From the IMG/VR virus record IMGVR_UViG_3300025638_000003, positions 1 to 64,000 of that record: a stretch of 64,000 bases of DNA. The stretch is one strand, 5' to 3'. The stretch's first letter is position 1. Each line of letters opens with the position of its first letter. Below the pieces are notes generated by a model, which saw nothing but the letters and a program-made list of their open reading frames with translations, was not told where the DNA came from and did not search any database. A program made the position numbers and the translations under genes. Below, one piece after another: positions 23,574-34,411 of the stretch. This stretch comes from a virus. Taxonomy: Duplodnaviria; Caudoviricetes.

Positions 23574-23927
23574 ATGAAAAAATTTATTGCATCAATTTTA
23601 CTTTTGGGTAGCTTATTTATTGCCATACCTCAAACGGTATCGTACGACGCCCTGTTTACATGGACTCAAAATCCACCGGAAGAATTAGTAATGGGATATA
23701 GAATTGAATATATTAAATCTCCAGTAGTAACAAACTGGACATATTTAACATATGTTAATTCGGCTACAAATGCAGTAACAATTAAAGGATTGCAACCGGG
23801 GTTTTTATATCAATTTAGAGCATTTGCTGTAAATGCCGTTGGAATAGGAACAAATGAATCAAATATTATTCTTTTGCCAGAATCCATTCCTTCGGCAGTT
23901 AGCAATTTTGTAAATGCTCCGAAATAA
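23574..23927 (+). CDS. Secreted FN3-domain protein
   Basis: Signal peptide; FTW...GYRIEY...GLQPGFLYQFRAFAVNAVG. Confidence 0.8.
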   Translation: MKKFIASILLLGSLFIAIPQTVSYDALFTWTQNPPEELVMGYRIEYIKSPVVTNWTYLTYVNSATNAVTIKGLQPGFLYQFRAFAVNAVGIGTNESNIILLPESIPSAVSNFVNAPK

Positions 23928-23930
23928 TTC

Positions 23931-23959
23931 TTGACATCCCCAAAGACGTATGTTAAAAT
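23931..23959 (+). promoter_or_regulatory. Sigma70-type promoter
   Basis: TTGACA...TGTTAAAAT. Confidence 0.6.
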
Positions 23960-23992
23960 TGTATCCGTAACATGATATAAAATTAATAAGTT

Positions 23993-24274
23993 ATGAATGC
24001 AGAAATAGGAATTTGGTTTTTAGTCGTTGGATTATTCTTCCCTCGAATTGCATTGTTTTTTTGGTGGTGGGCTGGAAATTTACCCGCTAATACCACGCCC
24101 TTTGCATTTGATGTAATTAGTGCAATTATATTACCTCGGTTCCTTATTCTCATGTATATTTTCGAGAATCAAGGATATTCGGAATGGTTTTTTATTCATT
24201 TCATATTTCTAATTCTATCTATATGGACATCAATGAGTGCTAATAGATTATATGGAAAACATGGAAGGGATTAA
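23993..24274 (+). CDS. Small membrane protein
   Basis: Three hydrophobic segments with repeated FPR/LPR. Confidence 0.65.
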   Translation: MNAEIGIWFLVVGLFFPRIALFFWWWAGNLPANTTPFAFDVISAIILPRFLILMYIFENQGYSEWFFIHFIFLILSIWTSMSANRLYGKHGRD

Positions 24275-24298
24275 ATCTTTAAAAATTACAAAGTAAAT

Positions 24299-24553
24299 AT
24301 GGAAGATTCTATATTTGTAAAATGCACTTGTCATTGTAGTGTTGCCGAATTTAAATATGTAAAAGAAGAGGACGCCCTAGAAATTTCTATATGGGCTTCT
24401 CATCCGGGAAAAATTCTTTCTCATGAAGAACGAGTTCGATGGTGTAATCATATAATGGAAACTGGCGATCCCTGGGCAGATTATGCCATCGTAAATAAAG
24501 AAGATGCCAAGCGGATTGCCGAGTATATAGAAAAACATATAACCTCATCATAA
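24299..24553 (+). CDS. Hypothetical protein
   Basis: 84-aa ORF in gene run. Confidence 0.6.
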   Translation: MEDSIFVKCTCHCSVAEFKYVKEEDALEISIWASHPGKILSHEERVRWCNHIMETGDPWADYAIVNKEDAKRIAEYIEKHITSS

Positions 24554-24554
24554 T

Positions 24555-24827
24555 ATGGGAAAAAAACGAAAAAAGTCCAACGTAAAAGAAATGGAAATTA
24601 TGGAAGATCTTCAACCAGAAATTACTGTTGAAGAAGGAACGAAAAAAGATGTAAAATATGTTGTGGTAAGAGAGGGGCATAGAGTATCAGATAAAGAATA
24701 TGATTCGGCAACGGACCCTGTATGTATAGAAGAAGTAAATTTTTGGACTAAAGTTGCTAAAAATCATTCATATGGTGAAAAGGTGGAAGTAGTACCATAT
24801 GATTCAAAAAAGCATAGAGTTTGGTAA
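24555..24827 (+). CDS. Hypothetical protein
   Basis: 90-aa ORF. Confidence 0.65.
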   Translation: MGKKRKKSNVKEMEIMEDLQPEITVEEGTKKDVKYVVVREGHRVSDKEYDSATDPVCIEEVNFWTKVAKNHSYGEKVEVVPYDSKKHRVW

Positions 24828-24876
24828 TTTAAGGAGGATTCGTATAGTAAGGTGATGAAATAATACTATATGAGAG

Positions 24877-24909
24877 AATGGGCGTCATTTATTGACGCCC
24901 ATTTTTTTT
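24877..24909 (+). terminator. Intrinsic terminator
   Basis: AATGGGCGTCA-TTTAT-TGACGCCCATT + T-run. Confidence 0.85.
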
Positions 24910-24976
24910 GTGCACAATACTTATAAGTATAGGTATGTTAATTTATGCTTTATTTATAGATTTTTTCTTGATATTT

Positions 24977-25363
24977 ATGAATATGGTCAAGAAAAGGAAA
25001 CGGGCTTCTTTAAAACTAGAAAACGAAAGATATATTGTTCCTTCATCAAATGAAGAAATGAAAACTTTCGTGGGTAAATTTAAAATAGATATGATGGAAC
25101 ATGTAGTTTCATCAATTAAATTTGCTGTCGAAAACAAACTCCCTATAGTCGAAGTATTTCAATTTAAAAATTCTCCCTTTGTCGTTACAATTACCGAAAA
25201 AGAATTTGATGTTAATTTACGACATATAATAAGTTATTATCGGGAGAACGAAATTTATGAGTTATGTCCACGCATAGAACAATTACGTGAAATTATCAAA
25301 CAAAAAACGAATGAAAAAGAAAGTCCAGAAAATAACGAAGGATTTAATAATTCACCCCAATGA
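24977..25363 (+). CDS. Hypothetical protein
   Basis: ORF with ..YRENEIYELC motif. Confidence 0.6.
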   Translation: MNMVKKRKRASLKLENERYIVPSSNEEMKTFVGKFKIDMMEHVVSSIKFAVENKLPIVEVFQFKNSPFVVTITEKEFDVNLRHIISYYRENEIYELCPRIEQLREIIKQKTNEKESPENNEGFNNSPQ

Positions 25364-26108
25364 AATTAAAACTGATCATAGTCCCATTATTCCACAGAGA
25401 AATAAATTAAAAGCCACATTAAAAATTTTTCAAAGAGAACTAACTGAAACTCAAAAAAAATTTTTAAAATTGGCCGAAGATAAATCTACAAAAATTATAT
25501 TTGTTTCCGGTCCTGCGGGAACGAGTAAAACTTATCTTTCGGTATTACATGCTCTTAAAATGATCAACGAAAAAAAAGTAAGTGATTTAATTTATATAAG
25601 AAGTGCCGTAGAAAGTGCTGATTCTAAATTAGGATTTTTACCTGGAGAAGCCAATGAAAAATTGGCACCATATATTCAACCTCTTTTAGATAAATTGTCG
25701 GAGTTATTGCCCAAAGAAGATATAGACTTATTATTAAAGGAAGAACGGGTATCCGGAGTACCTGTAGGATTTTTAAGAGGATTAAATTGGAACGCTAAAG
25801 TTATAATCGGGGATGAAGCTCAAAATATGTCTTACAAAGAACTTTTTACACTTATTACACGAATTGGGGAATTTTCAAAAGTATTTATATTAGGAGATCC
25901 AGAGCAAAGTGATATTAACGGAAAAACGGGATTTATGAAGATGTTAAGTCATTTTGATGACGAAGAAAGCCGTCAAAATGGAATACATGTATTTCGTTTT
26001 ACCGAAGAAGATATTGTTAGAAGCGGATTAGTACAATTTATAATAAAAAAAGTACGTAGCGAAATAATTAAAATAAATCAAATAAACAATAAAATAAAAC
26101 GGCTCTGA
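25311..26108 (+). CDS. phoH: PhoH family ATPase
   Basis: GPAGTSKT, LGFLPG, FLRGL, DEAQN, GDPEQSD, DIVRSG. Confidence 0.95.
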   Translation: MKKKVQKITKDLIIHPNEIKTDHSPIIPQRNKLKATLKIFQRELTETQKKFLKLAEDKSTKIIFVSGPAGTSKTYLSVLHALKMINEKKVSDLIYIRSAVESADSKLGFLPGEANEKLAPYIQPLLDKLSELLPKEDIDLLLKEERVSGVPVGFLRGLNWNAKVIIGDEAQNMSYKELFTLITRIGEFSKVFILGDPEQSDINGKTGFMKMLSHFDDEESRQNGIHVFRFTEEDIVRSGLVQFIIKKVRSEIIKINQINNKIKRL

Positions 26109-26130
26109 GATTCTATATATATAGGATATT

Positions 26131-27855
26131 ATGGCAAATAAACGCATTTCACAATTAGCAGAAATCCATGCGGAAGATTTAAGCAAGGATGATCTATTGT
26201 TATTATCCGATGTTTCGGAACATGAATCTAAAAAGTTAAAATTAACAGATTTGGGGTCATTCTTATTAGATGAAGTTAATACAGGTTCTTTATATGGAAC
26301 CGCAAGTTGGGCACACATGGCAGTATATGCTTTAGGAGCGCCCATTCCAAAAAAAGTTGATTCTTCTTCTATTTCTGATTATTCATTGTATTCAAAAAAT
26401 GCAAAAAATGCTGAAACGGCCAGTTCATCATCTTATGCATTAAGTAGCTCTTATTCAATAACATCTTCTTATGCTTTAGTAGCCGAAACGTATTTAGCAT
26501 TTTCGGCAGCATTTGCCGATTATGCGAAAACTGCATCGTATCTAAGATACACTGGAATACCTAATGGAACGGCTTCATACGCTTTTACGGCGTCATTAAC
26601 AAAAGGAACTTCTTCTTATGCATTTACTTCATCTTTTTCAGAATCTTCTTCATATTCGGAGTCTTCTTCATATTCTGATTATTCGACATATGCAACATAT
26701 GCCGATAATTTTACAGGAGAACTTCCTACTCCAACAGAAGCATTGAGGGCATTATTGGCAGACAATGCTACGGAAGCTGATCATGCGCAAGAATCCGAAA
26801 CGGCATCTTATTTAAAATATCAAGGAATACCTAATGGAACAGCTTCATATGCTATGGCTGTTAAACAAAATTATGATATTTTATATAATCATGGAATATA
26901 TTTAGCACATACACATTCTAAAGGTAGAACTCAATTAGATAAAGTTTCTATTTCTTCTCCTCGTGGAATGGGAGTAAGAACGGGATTTGATACTGCTGGT
27001 ACAGTTATTATTCCTTGTTCTTCATCGAATTATTTTACATGTTCCATTGAATTACTGGCAACAAACAAGTGGAGTGGCGTGACGACGGAATTAGATTCGT
27101 CTCCTCTTGAAGCTTCATTATGGATTAATGAGGATACAGGAACAATTAGTGTGCCGTTTAAATTAATGGGAGAAATGATGGCAACTGGAAGTTTAATGGT
27201 ATATGTAACTACATCGAACGGTGCTATTATACATCCAGATCGCATAGGAAGATTTAATATTTATAGCAATTCTCCTGAAATCCAAGTGGAACCAGATGTG
27301 GAAATGAGTTTACAGGTTCTTAATCAAAGTGAATCTCCTATTCAATTTTTATATGAATCTAATGGATCATGGGTTACTGGGTATGATTATCAATGTTATA
27401 ATGTTAGAGAAACAGTGACGAAAATAAATTTAAATAATTTATTTGTTTCAAAGGTAAAATATGCTTGGTTAATGCCAAATTTAATAGAATTTAGCGCAGA
27501 AAACGATCTGTATTTAACTGATGTAGGAGGAATGCCCCAATCTTTAATTTCGATGTCTATTATAAATAGTAAAATAGATGAATTGGCTCCTTTTCCAAAA
27601 ACATTAGAATATTTTAAGTGTAATAATAATACATTTTTAAATTCTATTCCGGCTTTACCAGAAACTATAATTTATATGAATATTGCAAATTGTAATATTT
27701 CTAAATTTAATATTGAAAGCATTCTTTATCAATTAATTGAAGCGGGGTTGAACAATGGATATGTTAATGTAATTGGTAATACCAATACTTATACTGCGCA
27801 AACTGATACGTATATTTCAACTTTACAAGGCCGAGGATGGACTTGCATAACTTAA
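26131..27855 (+). CDS. Virion/tail-fibre-like protein with (T/S)ASYA repeats and LRR-like C-terminus
   Basis: MANKRISQL N-terminus; many ASYA repeats; LPETIIYMNIANC. Confidence 0.6.
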   Translation: MANKRISQLAEIHAEDLSKDDLLLLSDVSEHESKKLKLTDLGSFLLDEVNTGSLYGTASWAHMAVYALGAPIPKKVDSSSISDYSLYSKNAKNAETASSSSYALSSSYSITSSYALVAETYLAFSAAFADYAKTASYLRYTGIPNGTASYAFTASLTKGTSSYAFTSSFSESSSYSESSSYSDYSTYATYADNFTGELPTPTEALRALLADNATEADHAQESETASYLKYQGIPNGTASYAMAVKQNYDILYNHGIYLAHTHSKGRTQLDKVSISSPRGMGVRTGFDTAGTVIIPCSSSNYFTCSIELLATNKWSGVTTELDSSPLEASLWINEDTGTISVPFKLMGEMMATGSLMVYVTTSNGAIIHPDRIGRFNIYSNSPEIQVEPDVEMSLQVLNQSESPIQFLYESNGSWVTGYDYQCYNVRETVTKINLNNLFVSKVKYAWLMPNLIEFSAENDLYLTDVGGMPQSLISMSIINSKIDELAPFPKTLEYFKCNNNTFLNSIPALPETIIYMNIANCNISKFNIESILYQLIEAGLNNGYVNVIGNTNTYTAQTDTYISTLQGRGWTCIT

Positions 27856-27866
27856 TGTTTTGACTT

Positions 27867-30800
27867 ATGGATGATAGAATTAAAATTAGTGAATTAAACG
27901 AATTTCCAATAAATGAAGATCCATTGCAAGGAGAAGATTTTCTTCCAATGGTTAATAGTAGTTCAATGACGACTTATCGTATTGGTGTTGAAGAACTTGG
28001 CGAAGCTATTACTGCAATGAATCCTCCACCTACTGAAGCATTATGGGCAGATCATGCTGAAAGCGCATCATTTGCTTCTCAATCTTTAACTGCTTCTTTA
28101 GCGGATTATGCCAAAGTAGCCGGAAATGTAAATACGACAGGAAGCATACATTATTATACGAAATGGACAAAACATAAAGAACCCGGTCCTAATGGTTGTT
28201 TAAGTGTAGATAGTGGATTATACCATTCACATAGTTATGAAGGAACTCCATCTAATGAACCTCCGGTTGAATTTAAAAGACCGGGAAGTTCAATTGTAAT
28301 AGTTGGTTCATTTAATCCAAATGATGTTTCGAATACTAAGCGAGAAGATTTCAAATCTTACGGCTATTGGAATTATCGGCAAAATTTTCCTAAAGGTGTT
28401 CCAAGAGGTACAGCACGTGGACTTTTTACTGAGCATCCTATTGTATCTCCTTGGGGGGCACTTACTGATCAATCAACATGGATATTTGTAACGGGAAGTT
28501 ATCCATTAGTAGATCCTGAAACTAACAAGGTATCTGTCGAAGATGAGTGGTTATTAGAACGCCCAGATTGTCAAACTTATTATTGGTCGGGAAGTTCCGA
28601 TACGGAAAATGTTATTGGATCGGGCATGTATGAAATAGGAAGAGAACCCAATGCTATTGCTAATGCATTTAATGGAAAATGGGTTAGAATAGCAGCAATA
28701 AGCAATCGTGAACCAGTGGTTTCGGATCATTCGGCGTATGGTGAAGCTTATACTCCTTGGGGAGGGTTTTTCGGAAGAGTTCGAATAGAACTGACTACAG
28801 GTAATACAGGAACTAATATTTCTCATGTAGTTGACATGGATATACATAGTGGACCGCATTCGGGAGGGGATTCTGTTCGAGTATTACATTCGAGTATATA
28901 CAATGGAATGCTTATTCGCAAATTGAGACTTTCAAGATGGACTAATATTTTAGATGTACCTCCGAGTGAATATACATATACTGATCCTGCTAAGTCTTTA
29001 GATATTTTCGTAGATAATTTAGATGAGCGTGATAATTATTTACGGATAACTCTTCAATCGTGGGGTGGCGTTCGTTTTCTTAGACAACCAAATATAGGTC
29101 CTCCACCATTATATGATACTGGAAGTGCTAATCTTAATCCTCCTCCTAACATGTGTTCGTATTTGATATTCCCAGCTAATCCTGGATACTATTCTACGCT
29201 GGGAGATAAACAGGGAGACGCTCGGCAAGGAATGGGGGCACAACCATATATGTTTCTTGGGAAAAAAATAATAATGGATCCTAATAGAAACTTAATTACT
29301 GAAAGTGGTTGGAAAAATGACGAACCTATTGAGACATATAAACCATATTCTTTGTGGGTAAGTGGAACTATTTCTACACATAAATATTATGCCGAAGACG
29401 ATGAGGGAAAAAGTGGACAAATGTTAACATATGATCCAATACAATCTCAGTGGAGATTGTGGACTGCTAAGGGAGGAATTTTAATTAATTCGGCATCATC
29501 GGTAGATTCTCCAATGGAATTAACGCCGAAAGATACTGTGGCCGTTGGTACTATTATGGCTTATGCCGGAACGACGGCACCTTTGAATTGGTTAGAATGC
29601 GATGGCCAAGTTTTAGAAACTAAAAGTTATTATGATTTATATGACGCAATTAAAGTACCCCCCGGAAGAAATTCAAATGCATGGTATGGTTATCTTTGTG
29701 ATAAGAATGGAAATAGAACTTTAAGTGGAAAATATTTTAAACTTCCTGATTTAAGAGGATTCTTTTTGCGAGGATTAAATACTACAACAGTAGGAGATAT
29801 TTATCGAGATGAAAATAGACCATTTGCATCCGGGCAATCTGCTAGTTTAGGAAATCATTATCATGGTGTTGGAAATTTTGTCGACGGAACGGGTAATACC
29901 AATGATTTTTATTTAATTTCACGTTCATGGGTTTCTACTACTAACGTATATACGGGAAGATATGTACCTATAAAAAGTAATACGTGGGGGGGAAGACAAT
30001 TGCAGCAAGGAACGAGTATCGGTGGAAACTATGATTATAAATCTTGGCCCATAGCAACAGCACATCCTGAAGCATTTAACGGGCAATTATATCCTAGAAA
30101 TGTGGCAATGATGTATATCATTAAATATAGTTCCGCCGTTGATTACGCTAATGCAAATACCCCATTACAGGGAGATGTTGGAGGAACAATAAATTCTAGT
30201 GTAGTAACTAAATTGCGTGGAAAATCTATTTCGACAACTGCTCCGACGGATGATCAGGTTTTAATGTATAATGCGGGAAGTGCTCAATGGGAACCTAAAA
30301 ATCTTCCAAATATAGGAGCCGCAGTAGGAAATGGGAAATCATATATTGTAGCAAATCCTGGAGGTGCATTTGTTTCTCACGATGGAACGTATTTATATGT
30401 ATTTACACATGATGAACTTCGAAAGAAAACTAATTTAACGAGAATTCATATGGTAACAAATGAAGTTAAATTTATAACTTCATTAGATTTAGATACTAAT
30501 ATATTAAGTCGAGATATAGGATGTAAATTGTATAAAGTAACTTATGATAATACTAATCCATATAAAGTTTTATATACAAGATATGATGGATTTTATCAAC
30601 TTAATTTACATGATCATTCAATAGAGAAAATACATGATCTTGAAGATTTAAGTCGACAACTTCCGTGTTCTCATAGTGTTGATGGAAGCAACAAGATTGA
30701 TAGAACATGGTTCTTGAATTTAACGTATGGGGTTGCAACCGATGTTGGTACTTTTCCACGCACAAAATATACTTCTATTTATTATTCGGCAGGAGCATGG

Positions 30801-31244
30801 ATAAAAAATGAGAATGTTCCCTCAATAGATTTTGCGAAATTTACCAACAATGACGATAATATTGAATTTAAACAATTTTATAATTCATTTCCCGAATTAG
30901 AACCAGATGATGATGATGGAAGTCGTTCTTATGTTTTTGGGTTTGATTATAATATTATTACTCATAAATATTATTTAATTGATAATACCTATGGATATTT
31001 ACACATTTTCAATAATTCAAAAGATAACTTCGTAGAAGGATGGGTAAATGATAAATTTACTTATGAAAAGACCTTAGCCATTCCAAATGTTGGAAGTGGG
31101 GATTGGTCAACAGATAGAAAAGAAGAAAAATATGTTATAGATATAAACCCCGATACAGGAGATGAACGAGGAATTATCTATTATCGTTCAGCCAATACGG
31201 GATCTCATGGAGTAGTTGGTTATGTAAATTGGCCGGGGACATAA
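27867..31244 (+). CDS. Tail fibre protein with phage tail collar domain
   Basis: VGTIMAYAGTTAPLNWLECDG...FKLPDLRGFFLRG...PRNVAMMYIIKY. Confidence 0.85.
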   Translation: MDDRIKISELNEFPINEDPLQGEDFLPMVNSSSMTTYRIGVEELGEAITAMNPPPTEALWADHAESASFASQSLTASLADYAKVAGNVNTTGSIHYYTKWTKHKEPGPNGCLSVDSGLYHSHSYEGTPSNEPPVEFKRPGSSIVIVGSFNPNDVSNTKREDFKSYGYWNYRQNFPKGVPRGTARGLFTEHPIVSPWGALTDQSTWIFVTGSYPLVDPETNKVSVEDEWLLERPDCQTYYWSGSSDTENVIGSGMYEIGREPNAIANAFNGKWVRIAAISNREPVVSDHSAYGEAYTPWGGFFGRVRIELTTGNTGTNISHVVDMDIHSGPHSGGDSVRVLHSSIYNGMLIRKLRLSRWTNILDVPPSEYTYTDPAKSLDIFVDNLDERDNYLRITLQSWGGVRFLRQPNIGPPPLYDTGSANLNPPPNMCSYLIFPANPGYYSTLGDKQGDARQGMGAQPYMFLGKKIIMDPNRNLITESGWKNDEPIETYKPYSLWVSGTISTHKYYAEDDEGKSGQMLTYDPIQSQWRLWTAKGGILINSASSVDSPMELTPKDTVAVGTIMAYAGTTAPLNWLECDGQVLETKSYYDLYDAIKVPPGRNSNAWYGYLCDKNGNRTLSGKYFKLPDLRGFFLRGLNTTTVGDIYRDENRPFASGQSASLGNHYHGVGNFVDGTGNTNDFYLISRSWVSTTNVYTGRYVPIKSNTWGGRQLQQGTSIGGNYDYKSWPIATAHPEAFNGQLYPRNVAMMYIIKYSSAVDYANANTPLQGDVGGTINSSVVTKLRGKSISTTAPTDDQVLMYNAGSAQWEPKNLPNIGAAVGNGKSYIVANPGGAFVSHDGTYLYVFTHDELRKKTNLTRIHMVTNEVKFITSLDLDTNILSRDIGCKLYKVTYDNTNPYKVLYTRYDGFYQLNLHDHSIEKIHDLEDLSRQLPCSHSVDGSNKIDRTWFLNLTYGVATDVGTFPRTKYTSIYYSAGAWIKNENVPSIDFAKFTNNDDNIEFKQFYNSFPELEPDDDDGSRSYVFGFDYNIITHKYYLIDNTYGYLHIFNNSKDNFVEGWVNDKFTYEKTLAIPNVGSGDWSTDRKEEKYVIDINPDTGDERGIIYYRSANTGSHGVVGYVNWPGT

Positions 31245-31261
31245 TTATATTTATAAATTAT

Positions 31262-32353
31262 ATGAAAGATCAAATTATTGACCGAATTATTCGGTTTGAC
31301 AAATTATTAGGTATAACTGCTCTTAGCATTGCTTTTGCGGCAGCATTTTTTTCTGTATATGGTATTGCTACACTTTTTGCGGGCGCATTTACTTTTGCTG
31401 CATTCATGGCTTCAACTTTAGAAGTTGGAAAAATAGTATCAGTAATATTTTTGTACCGTTATTGGAAAAAAACACAGGGATTTCTTAAAACATATCTCGG
31501 AATTGCTGTTTTTGTATTAATGTTAATAACCTCGTTAGGAATTTTTGGATATTTGTCGGCAGCGTATCAAAAATCGGCAATTGAATTTAAAGAAGCCCAA
31601 GAAAAAATAGTAGTTGTTGAATCTAAAAAAGTATATTTGAATGAGAAAATTGAACAATCTAAGGCTAGAATTAAAACTCTTAATGATATGCGAGTTATGC
31701 AAGAAAGTCGTATGTCAGAAGCTTTAACTAATGCTTTTTTAATTAGAAATCCGATACAATTAAAACAAATACAAGAACAAACGGCGGAATTAATTAAATC
31801 TGCTGATTCGGATATTAGGGCCGAAAATGAAAACATACAACAAACAATGAATGAAATTGTTGCTATAAATCAACAAGTAACAGATATGAAATTTTCGGCG
31901 GCAGGGAAAAAGGATATACGAACATTTCAATTTGTAGCGGACCAATTTGGCACAACTTTAGATAAAGTGGCTAAGTATTTTATTTTAATAATTATTTTTG
32001 TATTTGATCCTTTAGCTATATCTTTAATTTTAGCTTATAATGTAGCAACTTATAAAAGAATAGAAGACAAAGATAATATTCCTGTTCCAGTTATAAAATC
32101 GGGAGAAAAATCGGAACTATCTTCTAAAGAACCTATGAAAGAAACTATAAAACCTATTTTAGATAATAAACCGGAAGAAATCATAAAAAATCCTACGGAA
32201 GAAAATCAAAGTAAATTTAAAAAAATAGTTAATTTAATTAAATCTCCGGAAATTGTACAAGAAAAAAAGAAGTCCGGATTAAAGACATCTGATAAAAAAA
32301 CTCATAAATATCATGATCCTTATGGGAAGGGACCGAGACAACCTTGGTTATAA
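31262..32353 (+). CDS. Conserved jumbo-phage membrane/coiled-coil protein
   Basis: AAFFSVYG..LEVGK..ITSLGIFGYLS..IIFVFDPLA. Confidence 0.75.
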   Translation: MKDQIIDRIIRFDKLLGITALSIAFAAAFFSVYGIATLFAGAFTFAAFMASTLEVGKIVSVIFLYRYWKKTQGFLKTYLGIAVFVLMLITSLGIFGYLSAAYQKSAIEFKEAQEKIVVVESKKVYLNEKIEQSKARIKTLNDMRVMQESRMSEALTNAFLIRNPIQLKQIQEQTAELIKSADSDIRAENENIQQTMNEIVAINQQVTDMKFSAAGKKDIRTFQFVADQFGTTLDKVAKYFILIIIFVFDPLAISLILAYNVATYKRIEDKDNIPVPVIKSGEKSELSSKEPMKETIKPILDNKPEEIIKNPTEENQSKFKKIVNLIKSPEIVQEKKKSGLKTSDKKTHKYHDPYGKGPRQPWL

Positions 32354-32487
32354 AAATGAATATAATAAGTTGACAATACGTTAATTATAGTATATTCTAT
32401 TTGCATAAAAATGAAGAAATTTAACATCTTTCATAAAAAGTTTTATATATATGCGTCAGAAATTTAATAAACTATTAGTAAAATACT

Positions 32488-32625
32488 ATGGATCAATCTG
32501 ATATAATATATGTAATGGAAATTTTGAAAGATGCAATCGATGAAAAAGATTGGGATAAAGTAGAAGAAGCAAATGAAACTCTAAAAGAATTTTTAGACTC
32601 GGATGAGTTTCATTTGGAAGAATAG
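32488..32625 (+). CDS. Small acidic hypothetical protein (45 aa)
   Basis: MDQSDIIYVMEILKDAIDEKDWDKVEE... Confidence 0.5.
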   Translation: MDQSDIIYVMEILKDAIDEKDWDKVEEANETLKEFLDSDEFHLEE

Positions 32626-32630
32626 ATATT

Positions 32631-32921
32631 ATGATTACATTTATTTTGATTACGGGCTTAATTATTTCCTTTATAATTAATATTATTTTATTTGTACTAA
32701 TTAAACGACTTATTAAAAAAATCGATATTTATGAAGAATGGATATTAGATTTTCAAACCGATGTTATATCGACATTGGAACAAATGCGTGAAATAGATCG
32801 GCAAGGTACTTTTGCTACATCTATGAATGAAAAGGGAATATTTGAGTCGGATGATCAAGTAGGTAATATTTTTAAGGAATTATTGGCTCTAGTCGAAAAA
32901 CTAGAACAAAGGATTCAATGA
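32631..32921 (+). CDS. Membrane-anchored hypothetical protein
   Basis: N-terminal TM; FESDDQVG motif. Confidence 0.7.
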   Translation: MITFILITGLIISFIINIILFVLIKRLIKKIDIYEEWILDFQTDVISTLEQMREIDRQGTFATSMNEKGIFESDDQVGNIFKELLALVEKLEQRIQ

Positions 32922-33979
32922 AAAAGAAAAATAAAGTTGCAACAAAAATACATTTAAAAAAGAAGCCCATTCGAAAAAAATATATAAAGGTAATTCGAAA
33001 AATTAAAAATAAATGGCGAGAAACTAAAAAAAAGGTATTGCCCAAACCAAAACCGAAGCCGAAGCCTAAGACAAGACCTAAATTAAAGCCGAAGACGGGG
33101 GAGAATAGAATTCTTAATTCAAAAATAAAATCAAATTCAAAGAATATTAAATCTAAAAATAAATCTTTGCAGTTGATTCCCGTTTCTCATGATCTTGTAA
33201 TAACAATACCAGAATCCGTCCCCGAAAAACGCACGAGAAAGAGAAGAAGTAAAAATTCGGCCCGTATGTATTTTACTCAAGAAACAGAAGATGCAATTAT
33301 TGAATATAATAATACTGAAGATTTAGAATTAAGAGAGAAAATATTTCAAGAAAAGATATTACATCCATTTCAAAAACTGGTAGAAAATGTATTTAATACA
33401 TTTAAATTTTCTTATTTTGAAACGGGTCCTTTAGATGTACAAAAAGAATGTTTAACCCATTTAGTGGCAAATATGCATAAGTTTGACCCCTCTCGTAAAA
33501 GTAAGACGGATCCAGATAAAAAGACAAAAGCTTTTGCTTATTTTTCAATTATAGCTAAACATTATTTAATATTATTAAATAATACTAATTATAAAAAATT
33601 TAATCAAAACCTTGAAATAAGTGAGGAAAGAGAGGAAAATACAATTCAATTACAAATGGATGATAAATATTATGCACAACAAGAAATGTCGGATTTTATT
33701 AGATTAATGGTAGAATTTTGGGAAAAAAACGCCGAAAAAGTATTTACAAAACAGAGAGATTTAAATATAGCGAATGCAGTAATAGAATTATTCCGCAATT
33801 CGGATCGGGCTGAAGCATTTAATAAAAAAGCTTTATATTTGTATATTAGAGACATGGCTTCATGTAAAACTCAACAAATAACTAAAGTTATAAATCGAAT
33901 GAAACAATATCATGATAATATTCAAAAGTCTTATATTGAAAATGGATACGTAAATACGGATCGGAATTCTATAATTTAA
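32918..33979 (+). CDS. Putative late-transcription sigma factor (T4 gp55-like) with basic N-terminal extension
   Basis: MYFTQETEDAIIEYN...MHKFDP...KAFAYFSIIAKHYLI...FNKKALYLYIR. Confidence 0.7.
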   Translation: MKKKNKVATKIHLKKKPIRKKYIKVIRKIKNKWRETKKKVLPKPKPKPKPKTRPKLKPKTGENRILNSKIKSNSKNIKSKNKSLQLIPVSHDLVITIPESVPEKRTRKRRSKNSARMYFTQETEDAIIEYNNTEDLELREKIFQEKILHPFQKLVENVFNTFKFSYFETGPLDVQKECLTHLVANMHKFDPSRKSKTDPDKKTKAFAYFSIIAKHYLILLNNTNYKKFNQNLEISEEREENTIQLQMDDKYYAQQEMSDFIRLMVEFWEKNAEKVFTKQRDLNIANAVIELFRNSDRAEAFNKKALYLYIRDMASCKTQQITKVINRMKQYHDNIQKSYIENGYVNTDRNSII

Positions 33980-34023
33980 TTTTCTTTAAAGAAGAATAAG
34001 TAATAATAACTATTTATGTGCAT

Positions 34024-34410
34024 ATGGCAAATGTTAATTTTGAAATTTATGATGGGAAAACATTTAAAGATTTATGTAAAGAAGTAGTTTTACGTTCCCA
34101 AAGTAAAAAAGATCAACTAGATACGTTAATTTCTGATATTCGAAGTCAAATTACGCAGCCTAATGACTTACAAGTTTTTATACCAAGAATTAAAGAATTA
34201 TTGGAAATAGGGGTTAAAAATGACGAACAATTGATTAAATTGGCCGCAGTTTTACAAAGGCTAGAATCGGCTCAAATTGAAGCTACGGGGGGCGAACCTA
34301 CAGGATTAACAGATGCCGAGAAGGAGCAATTAATGAAAGCTAAATTGCGAGAATTAGAAGATTTAAAAGAAATTAAAAAAGAAATAGATAAACCAATTGA
34401 TGTAAAATGA
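34024..34410 (+). CDS. Conserved hypothetical protein
   Basis: GVKNDEQLIKLAAVLQR...LTDAEKEQL. Confidence 0.7.
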   Translation: MANVNFEIYDGKTFKDLCKEVVLRSQSKKDQLDTLISDIRSQITQPNDLQVFIPRIKELLEIGVKNDEQLIKLAAVLQRLESAQIEATGGEPTGLTDAEKEQLMKAKLRELEDLKEIKKEIDKPIDVK

Positions 34411-34411
34411 T

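Noticed and set aside
26400-26860. DNA repeats in 26131 as DGR template/variable repeat
   Set aside because: They encode ASYA and TASYL..GIPNGTASYA protein repeats; no adenine-specific divergence pattern or reverse transcriptase was seen
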